A stretch of DNA of 64,000 nt from Octopus bimaculoides (taxonomy: Eukaryota). The notes beneath the pieces are model-generated. The model was not told the DNA's origin and did not search any database. It saw only the letters and a program-made list of their open reading frames with translations. The stretch lies in NCBI RefSeq assembly GCF_001194135.2, contig NC_068996.1, forward strand, positions 55,055,301-55,119,300. The letters run 5' to 3'. Below, one piece after another: positions 23,801-35,709 of this stretch. Position numbers and translations under genes: made by a program. Positions within the stretch are counted from its first letter, which is position 1; every line of letters begins with the position of its first letter.

Positions 23801-24099
23801 TGCCACTGGTGCGGAAGCCAGACAACTGCTCTGGCAATGAACACACACGGACAGTGCTGTTTGGTTGATGGAAACTGAAAGAAGCCTGTCCTATATATTT
23901 ATGTGTGTGTGTCTGTGTTTGTTCCCCCCCCCCACTACCATCACATAACAGCCAATGTCAGTTTGTTTAATGTCTATGTCCCTGTTGCTTGGAACAGATT
24001 GCCCCTCTTTTTATGTATTTCAATTCCTCGTGTATGAAGCAATTTGGTTAACAAACACTGCTCTTGAATGGATTATGCCTATATGTAGAGACTCCACTG
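20824..24099 (+). mobile_element. Tigger/pogo-type DNA transposon remnant with nested retro-inserts
   Basis: Degenerate transposase ~21420-22760 (ICAKAKQL...RFLKRNELHSAVRNGKSA...QQVFRCD...MKDQLTLFLCANASGD...SNHKA...MNNAPSHLP); termini CAGTGGAATAC at 20824 and gagactccactg-ta at 24099. Confidence 0.7.
23080..23480 (+). mobile_element. RTE-LINE 3' end inserted in Tigger
   Basis: Same 3'UTR family; ends ggacgttaagcgatggtgatgatg. Confidence 0.8.
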
Positions 24100-24383
24100 T
24101 ACATAACTTGAAAGCCACATTGCCCATGGGCTGAACTTAGTGTCTTCATCAGTCATAATTGAAGCAAGATCATATAACTGCATTAATTTAGAGCATTGAT
24201 TATGGGTTTTCAGTAATTAAGTGAAATAGTATTGTGTTAATGAGTTCAGTGACAGCACGCCAGGAGATCAATTTGTGTTTAATGTTTCATAGTGATGTGG
24301 AATATCTTTGAAATGAGCTTTGAAGAAGTGTAGATATAACAAGTATGTTTACTCATAGACACACATTCATATATATGTATGTG

Positions 24384-24414
<31 letters not shown>

Positions 24415-24730
24415 CATCATCATCGTTTAACGTCCGCTTTCCATGCTAGCATGGGTTGGATGATTTGACTGAGGACTGGTGAACCAGAGTCTGCACCAGG
24501 CTCCAATCTGATTTGGCAGAGTTTCTACAGCTGGATGCCCTTCCTAATGCCAACCACTCAGAGAGTGTAGTGGGTGCTTTTACGTGCCACCGGCACGAGA
24601 GCCAGTCAGGAGGTACTGGCAACGGCCATGTTCATAATGGTGTATTTTATGTGCCACCTACACAGGAGCCAGTCCGGCAGCACTGGCAACGACCTCGCTC
24701 AAATGTCTTTTCACGTGCCACTGGCACAAG
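24415..24730 (-). mobile_element. RTE-LINE 3' end running into a gap
   Basis: catcatcatcgtttaacgtccgc...; 24594-24730 is identical to 23613-23749. Confidence 0.8.
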
Positions 24731-24943
24731 NNNNNNNNNNNNNNNNNNNNNNNNNNNNNNNNNNNNNNNNNNNNNNNNNNNNNNNNNNNNNNNNNNNNNN
24801 NNNNNNNNNNNNNNNNNNNNNNNNNNNNNNNNNNNNNNNNNNNNNNNNNNNNNNNNNNNNNNNNNNNNNNNNNNNNNNNNNNNNNNNNNNNNNNNNNNNN
24901 NNNNNNNNNNNNNNNNNNNNNNNNNNNNNNNNNNNNNNNNNNN
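24731..24943. other. Assembly gap
   Basis: Run of N. Confidence 1.
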
Positions 24944-25107
24944 CATAACAGCCAATGTCAGTTTGTTTAATGTCTATGTCCCTGTAACTTAGTGGTTCAG
25001 CAAAAGAGACCAATAGAATAAGTACCAAGCTTACAAAGAATTAAGTCCTGGGGTCGATTTGTCCGACAAAAAGGCAGTGCTCCAGCATGGCCGCAGTCAA
25101 ATAACCG
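24944..25107 (+). mobile_element. SINE family B 3' half
   Basis: ...taacttagtggttcagcaaaagagaccaatagaataagtacc...cagcatggccgcagtcaaataaccgaaacaagtaaaagagtaaa. Confidence 0.8.
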
Positions 25108-25872
25108 AAACAAGTAAAAGAGTAAACTAGAATCTCCATGAAAGACCATCAGGCAATATCAATGTATGGTATAATATATGCAACAAAACCACCATAACCC
25201 AAGAAACAAAGAACCACCTCAACAAGTTTAAACCTACAAAAACTAGAATTCCAATAAATTAGAGCCATGAGAACACAAAAGATTCAGTCAACAAGCAAAC
25301 ATACATTTTATCTTCGGTTGTATATGGATGTGTATATTTGTGTAAATATTGATATTCAATGCTTGTCATTGTGGAGTGTAATGATTATGTTTGCTTCCTT
25401 AATGATATTGTGGCCAGCTACTCTGAAATTTTCAAAAGACCTCTGGAGTAAAAAGAAATCCCTTGAAAAACAGGTAAGGACTGGCAATAAGAAGACCAGC
25501 CATCTGTAAAAATCTTTCCTCTAATGACTTACCTCAAAACCCAAGCTAGCATGCACACACACACACACCGTGAAAATAAAATAGTGAGAGCAAGGAGGAA
25601 AGAGAGTACTCAATGTTGAAAGTTTAGTTATTTATTGGAAGCAAAAACTTTCACAAATATTTACTCAATTTCTTTCTTCCAATCTCTAGACAATTGTGAT
25701 AAAAAATGGTTTATATAAAAGAGACAGAAAGTATTTGAGTATGATAAGCTTGATTTGACACTGAAAATGTTAGATTTCATTTATTAATTTAACCAAAATT
25801 TGCAAAATGGCAAGATCACAATGGGGGTTAGGTATGTGATGTGGTTTACTGTGAATAGAGAAAATATATGTA

Positions 25873-27118
25873 CAGGGTGACCTGAAATTAAGGCAACCAG
25901 CTTTTTTCAATTTTGCAAAGGCAAAATATTGTTATATTTCAGGTCTGCGTGTTACAATGCAATCGTAAAAGAAACACAATTATGACGCTACCACATTTAT
26001 TTAACATGATCTCTTGTGTTTCAAATCACAGCCTTAAATTTAGGTACGAATACTTCACATGCAGCTGCTCTTGTGGAACTGAAGCCTATTCCTGATGCAG
26101 TTTAGCCTTCAGAGTGTTGAATGTAGCTTGAGATTCTTGTCTCCAAAGTGGACCAAACAGAAAAATTCAAGAGTTTGAGATCAGGGTTTCTTGAGGGCCA
26201 TACATCCTTGCCTATGAATGAAGGAATGTTTTTCTGAATCCAGTGTTGTGTCTGTTTGGAGCTGTGGGTTGGTGCTGAGTCCTGTTGGAGGCTCCAAGGT
26301 ATGCGTTGAAAATGCTCATTTGCCCATGGATGCAATTCAGCTTCCATAATGATGCAAATGAATTGCTGGGTGTTAATTTTAACGCCCAAGGGCACAGAAA
26401 TGAGGGGAGACCTTCCAGTGGCTGTCACAGCCACCCAAACTATAACTGACTGTGGACTTTGATGTCAATTTATGAGTCTACCCTCAATGCAACTAGATAC
26501 ACTCCAAAGTTGGTCGTTCTGGTGGTTTACTATCTGTTTGATGTCAAATTTCTTTTTTCATCAGTGACCACCACATTGGGCAGTGTGCCTTCAGCAATTT
26601 GATGCAGAATAAGACGACTTATCTCTAGTCTCATGGCTTATAAACTTGAGTGAACTCATGATGGCAGATCATCGTGTATGGGTGGGTCATGAGATCTTCA
26701 GTATTTGATACATCAATTTTTGGCTTACTTTTGTTGTGGCAGCCAGTTTTTTGACGATGATTTGGCAATACCTGGTACTTTTGATACACTCAAGGGTTCA
26801 CACAATTCTTTTTCAGCCACGTCCATGTTGATCATTGGTGGAACCAGTTTCTTGAAACTTCTTGACAATTTTCCAGACTGTTGTTTGGTTAATTTTGAGC
26901 TTTTTTGCTAAAGCTGTATTACTTTCACCTCCTTTGTGGAGGGTTATGATTGTATTTCGGCCTATAGCCATTATCTAATTTATAAATTTTAATTTATTTA
27001 GTCTGAAACCAAAAGAAGACACATTAAGCTTTTATAATGATGGATAATTTTCATATCTTATCACATTGATAGTTATTAAAGCCCAAAACTTCAGTTGCCT
27101 TCATGTCAGGACACCCTG
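25873..27118 (-). mobile_element. Tc1/mariner DD37D (maT) transposon, near full length, inactive
   Basis: 25-bp TIRs CAGGGTGACCTGAAATTAAGGCAAC / CAGGGTGTCCTGACATGAAGGCAAC (22/25) flanked by TA; transposase remnants VVTDEK.KFDIKQIVNHQNDQLW and QQDSAPTH...WPSRNPDLKLLNFSVW, with 37 residues between the second D and the third acidic position (here N). Confidence 0.88.
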
Positions 27119-27592
27119 TATGCAGGGGTAAAACTTTATTATTAAATTAAATATACATGCAACTAAATTGCAAACTAAATTTATTGGTTTCAATTGGGGC
27201 ACAAGGCCAGCAATTTGGGAGAAAGGGTAAATCAATTACAAGGACCTCAGTATTTAACTGGTACTTATTTTAATAAACCTTGAAAGGATAAAAGGCAACA
27301 TAGACCCTGGTGGCATTTGAACTCAGAACAAAGACAGATGAAAAGCCACTAAGCATTTTGTTCAGCATGCTAACAATTCTGCCAGCTCGCTGCCCTAATT
27401 TTCCTGTACAGAGAACCCCCAACCAACAAAATGGATGTGAAATTTAATATCTAATTGACTTATGGAATTATTTATTAAGAAGAAGGTTTATAATTGGTGA
27501 AAAGGAATATAGAAGCATACCTGTAAGGTGATAGCAGTTAAGATTTTAAGTTCAAACTCTGAAAACGTTAAGATGTGGAACTGTAGAGTATT

Positions 27593-28090
27593 CATCATCA
27601 TCATCATCATCGTTTAACGTCCGCTTTCCATGCTAGCATGGGTTGGACGATTTGACTGAGGACTGGTGAAACCGGATGGCAACACCAGGCTCCAATCTAA
27701 TTTGGCAGAGTTTCTACAGCTGGATGCCCTTCCTAACGCCAACCACTCAGAGAGTGTAGTGGGTGCTTTTACGTGTCACCCGCACGAAAACGGCCACGCT
27801 CGAAATGGTGTCTTTTATGTGCCACCTGCACAAGCCAGTCCAGGGGCACTGGCAATGATCTCGCTCGAAAATCCTACGGGAGCCAGTCAGGTGGTACTCG
27901 CAACAGCCACGCTCAAAATGGTGCATCTCATGTGCCACCCGCACAAGAGCCAGTCCAGGGGCACTGGCAACGATCTTACTTGGCTTGCCGGGTCTTCTCA
28001 CGCACAGCACATTTCCAAAGGTCTCGGTCAGTAGTCATCGCTTTGGTGAGGCCCAATGTACGAAGGTCTTGCCTCACCACCTCAGCCCAA
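27593..28090 (-). mobile_element. Young RTE-LINE 3' end including ORF2 terminus
   Basis: - strand WAEVVRQDLRTLGLTKAMTTDRDLWKCAVREKTRQAK*, then 3'UTR and (GAT)n; CpGs retained. Confidence 0.85.
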
Positions 28091-28399
28091 TGCAAATATA
28101 TACTTGTTAATATTAGCACATTTTTGTGTGTGTTTGAACATGATTTGATATGTTTAACTCTTTGGCATTTAATCTGGTCTTATCCTACCCGTTTTATGAT
28201 CAAACTATCCAAATCCAGCCTCACACGTCTACCTTACAGTGTCATTCTAAAAATATACAATCACAATTGAAATTTCAAAGCTACAAGACAATGCATGATT
28301 AATTTAAAACAATGTGAATAAATAAGCATTATGTGTGACAGAATAATCTGAAGGCCAAAGGTAGTTATTAGTTCTATAAGTAGTTCAACCTGTCAGCTG

Positions 28400-29330
28400 A
28401 TTGTGACTTTTGGATGTAAGGGATCACATGTAAAAGAAAAATGTATTTTATTAAACTCTCTATGACAGGACAAAACAATAGTGTCACTGACAGAATCTGA
28501 ATTGGTGTTGACTGATATTGATCTTGTTGAAGCATGGTTAAGATATTTTGTAGCCACCCCTGGAATAAAGAAGAGAAAAAAAAGTAGGATAATGAACAGG
28601 ATGGTCTGAAAGAGATAACAGATTTTTATTATTCATCAAAGACCAATATTGAAGGTGTTCTTGGAACAATTGGAAGACGTATTTCAGTAAAATAAGGGAA
28701 ATGGCAATAAAAAGTGAGACCTAAAAGAGTGTTGGGTCATTGTAGAATGAATCAGTAGTTTTCTGTGCTCATAAGATTTCTCTAGCATTTTGGTATAAAC
28801 ATTGTGAATTTCATAAGCTTGGTCAAAATGGCTAAAGCATTGAAGAGAAATTGATACAAAGGCAGACATATATAAATTAAATGTTAGCCACATCAGTAGT
28901 ATCTGTAATGAATAATAATTAACACATACAAGTTAGATGTGTTGTTTAGATCGCTTTTAACTACTGTAGATATCCAGAGATACCATGTCATGTTAGCAAC
29001 ATGTGCACATTAAACATTGATAAAATGGTTGCACCAGTGGAGGGCATACCTGTATCTCATGAATTCCTCATTCTGCAGATAATCAGTAGCAGCCCAACTT
29101 CTCACTGAATGTCAGAAAGAAAATCAATCAAGCCAACATGGTCTATATTATACAATATTACAGCATATACAACATATTTAATACATTTCAGATTTGTTTG
29201 GATTTTTATCTCATTGCTTGAGTTTCATGCCACTGTGGTCGTCAGAAGAGAACTGTTACAAATCTGGTTTTGGCAATGTATTTACATTCATTGACATGGG
29301 TAACATCTCATACTTAGGTTTGTTCATTGG
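28400..29330 (+). mobile_element. Possible degenerate Mutator-like (MULE/NOF-type) transposase remnant
   Basis: Stop- and frameshift-ridden + frames give IEGVLGTIGRRI, ESVVFCAHKISLAFWY, MLATSVVSVMNN and HVMLATCAH, in an order reminiscent of MULE DxTG...E..H...D...CxxH; judged by eye only. Confidence 0.3.
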
Positions 29331-30224
29331 TTTGGCGATTGGCTGTTATTCTTCTCTCTCTTTCACTATTTCTTTGATGAGTGGGTATGTTTTTAATTTA
29401 TTTATTCGCTCTAGATTGAAAATCTAGTGAAGCTTGTTCAGCGATCTTACGATACCAGTACCAAAGATCGGCCTTTTCCATAAAAAGTGTTGGAGGGAAA
29501 GAGGGAAACGACGTCCTAAAAGTGAAAGAGGTAGAGAGAGCATGATTTCTTTTGAAGTTGGCGCTGGTGTACGTATGTGAGAGAAAGAAAGAGAGATAGA
29601 TAACTGAAATTATTTTTATTTCCGGTAATTTTTCAGATTAACACCCGCACGATCTTCACTAGGGTGCTAGGGTTAGTGTATAGGGTTACGGTTAGGGACA
29701 GAATTCCCTAACCCAAACCCTATTCTTTCTATCTATCTTCCTCTCTTGTTCTTCCTTTCTGTTTTTCTCTCCTATCCTTTCCCTATTCTTCTCCTCTCCC
29801 CTTCACTGTTCTCTTTCTCTCACTCTTCCTCCTTGACTCTCTCATTGCTCACATGTGACCAACGGCTATCTTTCTTTCTTCCACTTCCTTCCTAAAGACA
29901 AGGAAAAGAAGTATAATATAAAAAAATATAATAAAACCCGTTGTTACAGCAAGAGCAGAGTCAAAAGGGGGATCCTGAAAAGGGATGAGATGGAAGAAAG
30001 AGCTAAGGTTTGAGGTTACAGGCACACTTGAAGGAAAGGATTGGTGGGAGATGGAAGAAACAGGGGGTAGTAGGGTCAGATCGAAGATCCCAGAAGAGAT
30101 GGAGAATGGTGCATTGTAAGGACAGGGGAAAGGGGACACAGTAGGGATGTAGATTTGAAGAGCTGAGGTGTGATCATTGAAGGGCCAAGCAGATATGAGA
30201 GGTGGTAACCACAATGGATGAAGA

Positions 30225-30315
30225 AGATCAAGACAGTAGATCCAGCTTTCATCACAGGTTGCCAGAGATTGAGGTACTCTTCGATTGGAAGTAATGACCT
30301 CAACCAAACTGTATG
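30225..30315 (-). mobile_element. mariner transposase fragment
   Basis: LVEVITSNRRVPQSLATCDESWIYC contains the mariner TCDESWIY first-D motif. Confidence 0.5.
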
Positions 30316-31822
30316 CCTATTGTCTTTATGGACACTTGACAGTATTCAACCAGAAAATTGCCAATTTTCTCATCCAGCCCTGACGTCCCTCTCCCTCCCA
30401 CACCTCTCTACCACCCTTGAACTTCTTGTGTCAGCAAAAGTAGGTATTTGACTCATACAAATTAATCCATAACCAGTCTGGAAATTTCATATATTTCTGT
30501 CGTGTTTTTGCCTTGTTTAGCAGAAAACTTTATTGCATAGCAAATGTCCAAATCGTTAGCTTTATGAGTGGATTTGGTAGACGGAAACTGAAAGAAATCC
30601 ATTGTTTATATCTGCTACAGTGTGGTTCGTGTCCCTATAAACTAGCAGTTCAGTAGCAGAAACTGATAGAATAAATGCCAGACTACGTTTTTTTTTTTTT
30701 TTTTGTAATGAAGTAGAATGATTTTACTACTAAAAATAAGCCTGTAACAGACAACCAACCAATTATTAATTTTCCAAGCGTTCCAACCGAGAGCACCTCG
30801 CTAATTTGGAGACAACCAGGTCTTATATGAATGACGGGTTTTTACCGTGTTTCGTATTAAAGATCTTCACGTGTATCGAGTGAGATGTAGCTGCTTTTTT
30901 TAGGCAACCCACACGAACACAGAGGACTTCGTTCTGTTATAACTTCATTCAAAGCCCTGTTTGGGCTTTCAAAAATTGTTAAAATTTGTTACTCTCTAAA
31001 ATGCTCGGTTAGCATATAGAATGATATGTTGGGAGAGAAATTTATTATATTCGACTCTTATCAATATAAATATCACCTACCCTCATTTGCATATAGCTTA
31101 AAATTTCATGTTGTATTAATTATTTACAAAATATATCTACATCTACATCCTTTTCAACGTTTTATTTTGATATTTACTTTATTTCCATGATAATAGTAAT
31201 TAAACTTTATTGGTCTGTCTATCTTTTTTTTATAATAATTATTTTACATTATGCACAGATCCAAACTGCATCCTACCTAAAGAAGAATATTTCTGTTAAT
31301 GGTTTCGTACGTAAAAGAACAAAGTAAAAAAATATATTCCTAAGTTAGGAATTAAAAACAAAAATGTATTAGTAATTTATTTTAAAAACATAACACAGAT
31401 CCTTTTACTTTTGCCGAAATACATAAAACCGTTGAGAAATAAAGTTTCCTACGGTTGCGGCTGAATCTGTCACCAGAAGAAATCTTCACCGGTTTTGCTT
31501 TTTAACCCAATTAAGATTATCGTTTATAATTGCCTAATATTATAACTATCTTTATTCATGGTTCTATATGGTTATTTCATTTCTATTACAGTCGGGCGAA
31601 AAAGGACGTCGGTAAATAAACGAATACTTAAAATTTTTCTTTATATTTCGTAATGTCGATGTTTAACTCTTGATCAGTTCTGACCGATTAATCAAATAAA
31701 TTCTAGTTCCGACCATTCCACATTGTTTAACCTTCCACTGTTCTAATGTATCCGTTAATATATTTTTTTTATGTTAGAGTGTCATTTGCAAGTAATTCGA
31801 CTGTTATTTCTTGCAGGTTGTA

Positions 31823-31978
31823 GATCAGTCACGGGCAGCCTTTTTCGAAAAGCGGGCCGCATGCGACATAACTCATCATTAGGCGGGCCGCACTACTAAA
31901 AGAATTCGAGTTAATTTTTTTGTTTTGTTAATCATATCATTCAGAAAGTCTCACGGGTCGCAGTTTGTCCATCTTTCC
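31823..31978. mobile_element. Short hAT-like MITE remnant
   Basis: cagtcacgggcagcctttt...gcgggccgca...cacgggtcgcagtttgtccatc; termini resemble CAGGGGTGGGCAA-type hAT non-autonomous elements. Confidence 0.4.
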
Positions 31979-32869
31979 TACTTTAGCTTGATTTCATGAG
32001 TGAGCTTTGGTGGTAAATATTTTGAGAAATTTTATTTCTTCATTTTTTATTTTATGTAAGCAGGAGAAATAAAGGGTCAAGTTTGGAGTTATATGTTTTT
32101 TTTTAAATTTTGGACGAAATTTGGTGCCTTTCAGTTTTAATCTCTTCTCGTCAGATCTTAATGTCCTGATGTTAGTTAAAGGCTCTTTGTGTTCCAAGTT
32201 CATATTCCTCGGGGGTTAACTTTGCCTTTCATTCGTTTATCAATGATAAAACGAGTATCGGTCAGATATTGGTTTGATATAATCGACTATACCCTTCCAA
32301 CTAAATATGTCGCCCTGTGCGTGTGTTCAGTTCCACATTAATGTATTTATTCTTAATGTTTCTCATATTTCTTCAACATGGACCGTTGCCCAAAATTTGA
32401 GATCAGGAAAAGTAAATAGGACCAATGGGAAGAATTTGCTTATAAAATAGGAAATTTTCTTGTGTATAGAACGCACATAGACTCCTAAGAGTCTAGTCTA
32501 TGTGCGTTTTATTATTTTTTTACTAGTTTCAGAACTGCATCTATGTCAGGATACTACTTTAGTGATTTTATTCACTTGAAGTATCTTGGGACGTTTGGAG
32601 AATGTAAGGGGAAATAACTAAAACCCCACCGTATATGAAAGATAAAGAGGTTTGACCACTGCCCTTTGCTTCTCAGATAATAAAAAAATAAAATAAAGTT
32701 AGAACTTTTGGATGTATAATTGTACTGAGACGGTGAATCTTTAGTTTTACAAATTCTTCTTTATGATGTACTTGAGCAGTTCGTACCAGGAAATCGGAAA
32801 TTGAATCTCAAATGCTTAAAGGACTGAGTAGTCAAAAGCTTTTGTTATTTGCAAGACGTAAATAGCAAA

Positions 32870-33345
32870 GAAAGTGGTTCCTCTGTGAACAAAACAGCTA
32901 GAGGGTGAACTGGCTGGAGAAAGTTCAGGAAGCTACTACCACTGCTGGCAATGAAGATCTTTTCCCTAAGAGTGAAAGGCAGTTTCCGACGTTTGTGTTA
33001 GAACTGCAGAACTACATGGTAGTGAGAAATGGGATTTGAATACGGAGAACTTGAGAAGATTGGAAAGAAATGAAGCTTGCATGCTCCACTGAATCTACAA
33101 TGTAAGTGTGTCTGAAAGACAAAATACAAACGAGCTGAGAGAAGAACTGGGTCTCAGAGGGAACAGATGTAGTGTGCAAGAATGAAGACTGTCTTGGTAT
33201 GGATATGTGATGCATTTGAACGAAGACAGATGTATAAAGAAATGCTGAACACTAAATGTGATTGGAGCTTGTAGGACAAGTATAATCCAGGAAGACAGTC
33301 GACAAAGTAGTTAAGGTTGAGCCTAACAAAAAACCTGAGATCTTT
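32870..33345 (+). mobile_element. RTE-LINE ORF2 fragment
   Basis: GWRKFRKLLP...RLERNEACMLH...ELREELGLRG...WYGYVMHLNEDRCIKKC; same family as 10040-10901. Confidence 0.75.
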
Positions 33346-35482
33346 GCCAATATAAGGTTCATGCATTATGTCTGCCTGTCATCCTTCTCTCTTGTCCTCT
33401 CCACCTCCTTGACAATTGTATCATTTTTACTACTTCTGCTGCTTGTTTGCTCCCATTCTTTTCGGCATCCCTCTATCTCCCCCAACTTATGGCTCCTTGC
33501 TCATCCACTCTTCAACCCTACCCATTCTGATAGTCTGCCTCCCACTCCCATCCCTTCATTCTCCCCATTCATTCTTGCATACTGATTCTTCAACTTACCA
33601 TGTGCCTTGTGGGGCCACCTAGGCACCTTATCGCTATTATCTATCTCTTGCTTTTCATTTTTGCTTTCTCTCCCCCTTTTTATCTAGATGTGAGTAGCCA
33701 TACTGATCCTCTACAAGAACCTGCACTGCTTCCCCTCCTTCAAAGAAACTACCCAACCCACACTGTAAAATGGTTGATGTTAGGAAGAGCATCTAACTGC
33801 AGAAACTATGACGATGGAGCACAATATAGTCTTTGGACACATCAGCTCCTGTCAAACTGTCCGACCCATGCCAGCATGGAATACAGATGTTAACTGATGA
33901 TATCACTGTTTTAAGGTTTAGGTTTAAACAGGATTTCTGTTTTTTCATTTAAATGTTTAAAAATTTTCTACCACAGTTGAGAGATTCCTCCCTCTTATAT
34001 TACAGCATCACATCACATCACACCTTTAGATTAGCCTGTAGAATGAAACAAGAATAAAATGAATGTCTAAGACATCCTGTAGCAAAGTACAAGGAAATGT
34101 TTAGATTCAACCAACTGTCATGGACTAAACAGCTACTTGACCAACCAATCATAAATATGAATCCTCCATGTGGTCACTTGACCTGGTACAAATAACAGAA
34201 AAATCTGTCTCTAATCACAGGGGCAGCTGCAGAAGAGATTGGATGGTAACAGTTGGAATAAAGTTGATCAAGGTTGTAGCTGGAATATTTGGTAGTCACA
34301 GACACTTCGGAATCAAAAGCAGGTTGCTGAGTTTCAACAATCAGGATTTGTGGTGGGGATAAGTGACATTCGTGGTCATTAAACCACTATGATCTATAAC
34401 AGAAATCTCTGTACCAGAACAAATCAAGATTTGCCCAAATATTGATCACATTGCCAAAGGAACTGACCATTTAGACATTTGATAAACAGGATATGATCAG
34501 CAAGCTGTCCCTTTTCCTAAAGAATAAATAAAACTCTTTTACCAACAGGCTGTGGATTCTGACCGTCATGATGCTACATACAATCTCTTGCCTTCCTGCT
34601 TCATATTTGTTGTAAATACCTGTTCAGTCATTTGTTGTAGCAACATCCTATATTTTGTTAATAATGAAGAATAAATATCTTTTCCTTTAAAATCTTGACA
34701 ATTTGTGTTCATTTGATCAACATCCACTCAGTACCAAATTGTTACACTGTTCACACATTCAGAGAGATACTTTATCATAACATGGTATTCTAGCTGTGAT
34801 CTGGAAGAAAATAACAACATCAGCAGTGTACACCTTGTCATAGCAAATACCATAAACATCACCATTGTTCAATGGCCATGTTTCCATGCTGGCATGAGTG
34901 TGATGAAACTTATTGAGACAAATCTTCTCTATTTGGATGCTTTTGCTGTCACCAATCCTCACCCATTTCTTATAAGGTAACGTTTCTTGCTTTGTCACTG
35001 AATCAATGTACTGCTCAATGGCTGGATATGTTTCATGGCAGATTATAAACAATGACATCATTTGCATGGATGGAAACCTTGTTTATATGCACTGCACAAG
35101 CAACCATACACACATACATAGAAAGAAACACTCACATATACAAATACATATTCAACAGGCTTCTTCCAGTTTCTGTCTAGCAATTTCACTGATAATGCAT
35201 TGATCAGTCTGAAGCTATAGCAGAAGACATCTGCATGTAGTGTCTTGCAGTGGGAACAAGTCCTGAACCATGCATGGGGGTTACAAAGTGAAATTCTTAA
35301 CCACATAACCAAAACGAATTACTGTTTAACTTGATCTAATAAACACAAACTCCACGTTATTAACCACACTAAGTCCACATGCTTGCTGAACTGAAAACCA
35401 GATTCAATGTCTCAGATTGTCAAATCTACCAAACACCACACCAGTAATGTCTGTGTTTGGTCTTTTGTAATTAGTCACCAAT

Positions 35483-35709
35483 TTAACCCTTTTATTACCA
35501 TATTTCTGTTGAAATATACTGCTCTTGTTTCAATTAATTTTGCAAAAAAAGAAGTTAATAATTTACTGAAATGACTTTATCATTATCAAGCTGGTGTCTG
35601 CAACATTAATTGACAAGAAATTTTGATGGAAAGTTTTAACCTAGATCACTTTGTGACAGGAAGTTTATACCATAGAACCAGAAAGGTGGATTAGTATGAA
35701 AAGGGTTAA
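35483..35709. mobile_element. piggyBac-like MITE (second family)
   Basis: ttaaccctttt...gaaaagggttaa termini; internal similarity to ~3080-3318. Confidence 0.55.

Noticed and set aside
29451-29543. ATG-initiated peptide resembling a mitochondrial targeting sequence on the - strand (MLSLPLSLLGRRF...)
   Set aside because: With the strong donor it splices directly onto TGA; its Leu/Ser richness comes from a CT-rich tract.
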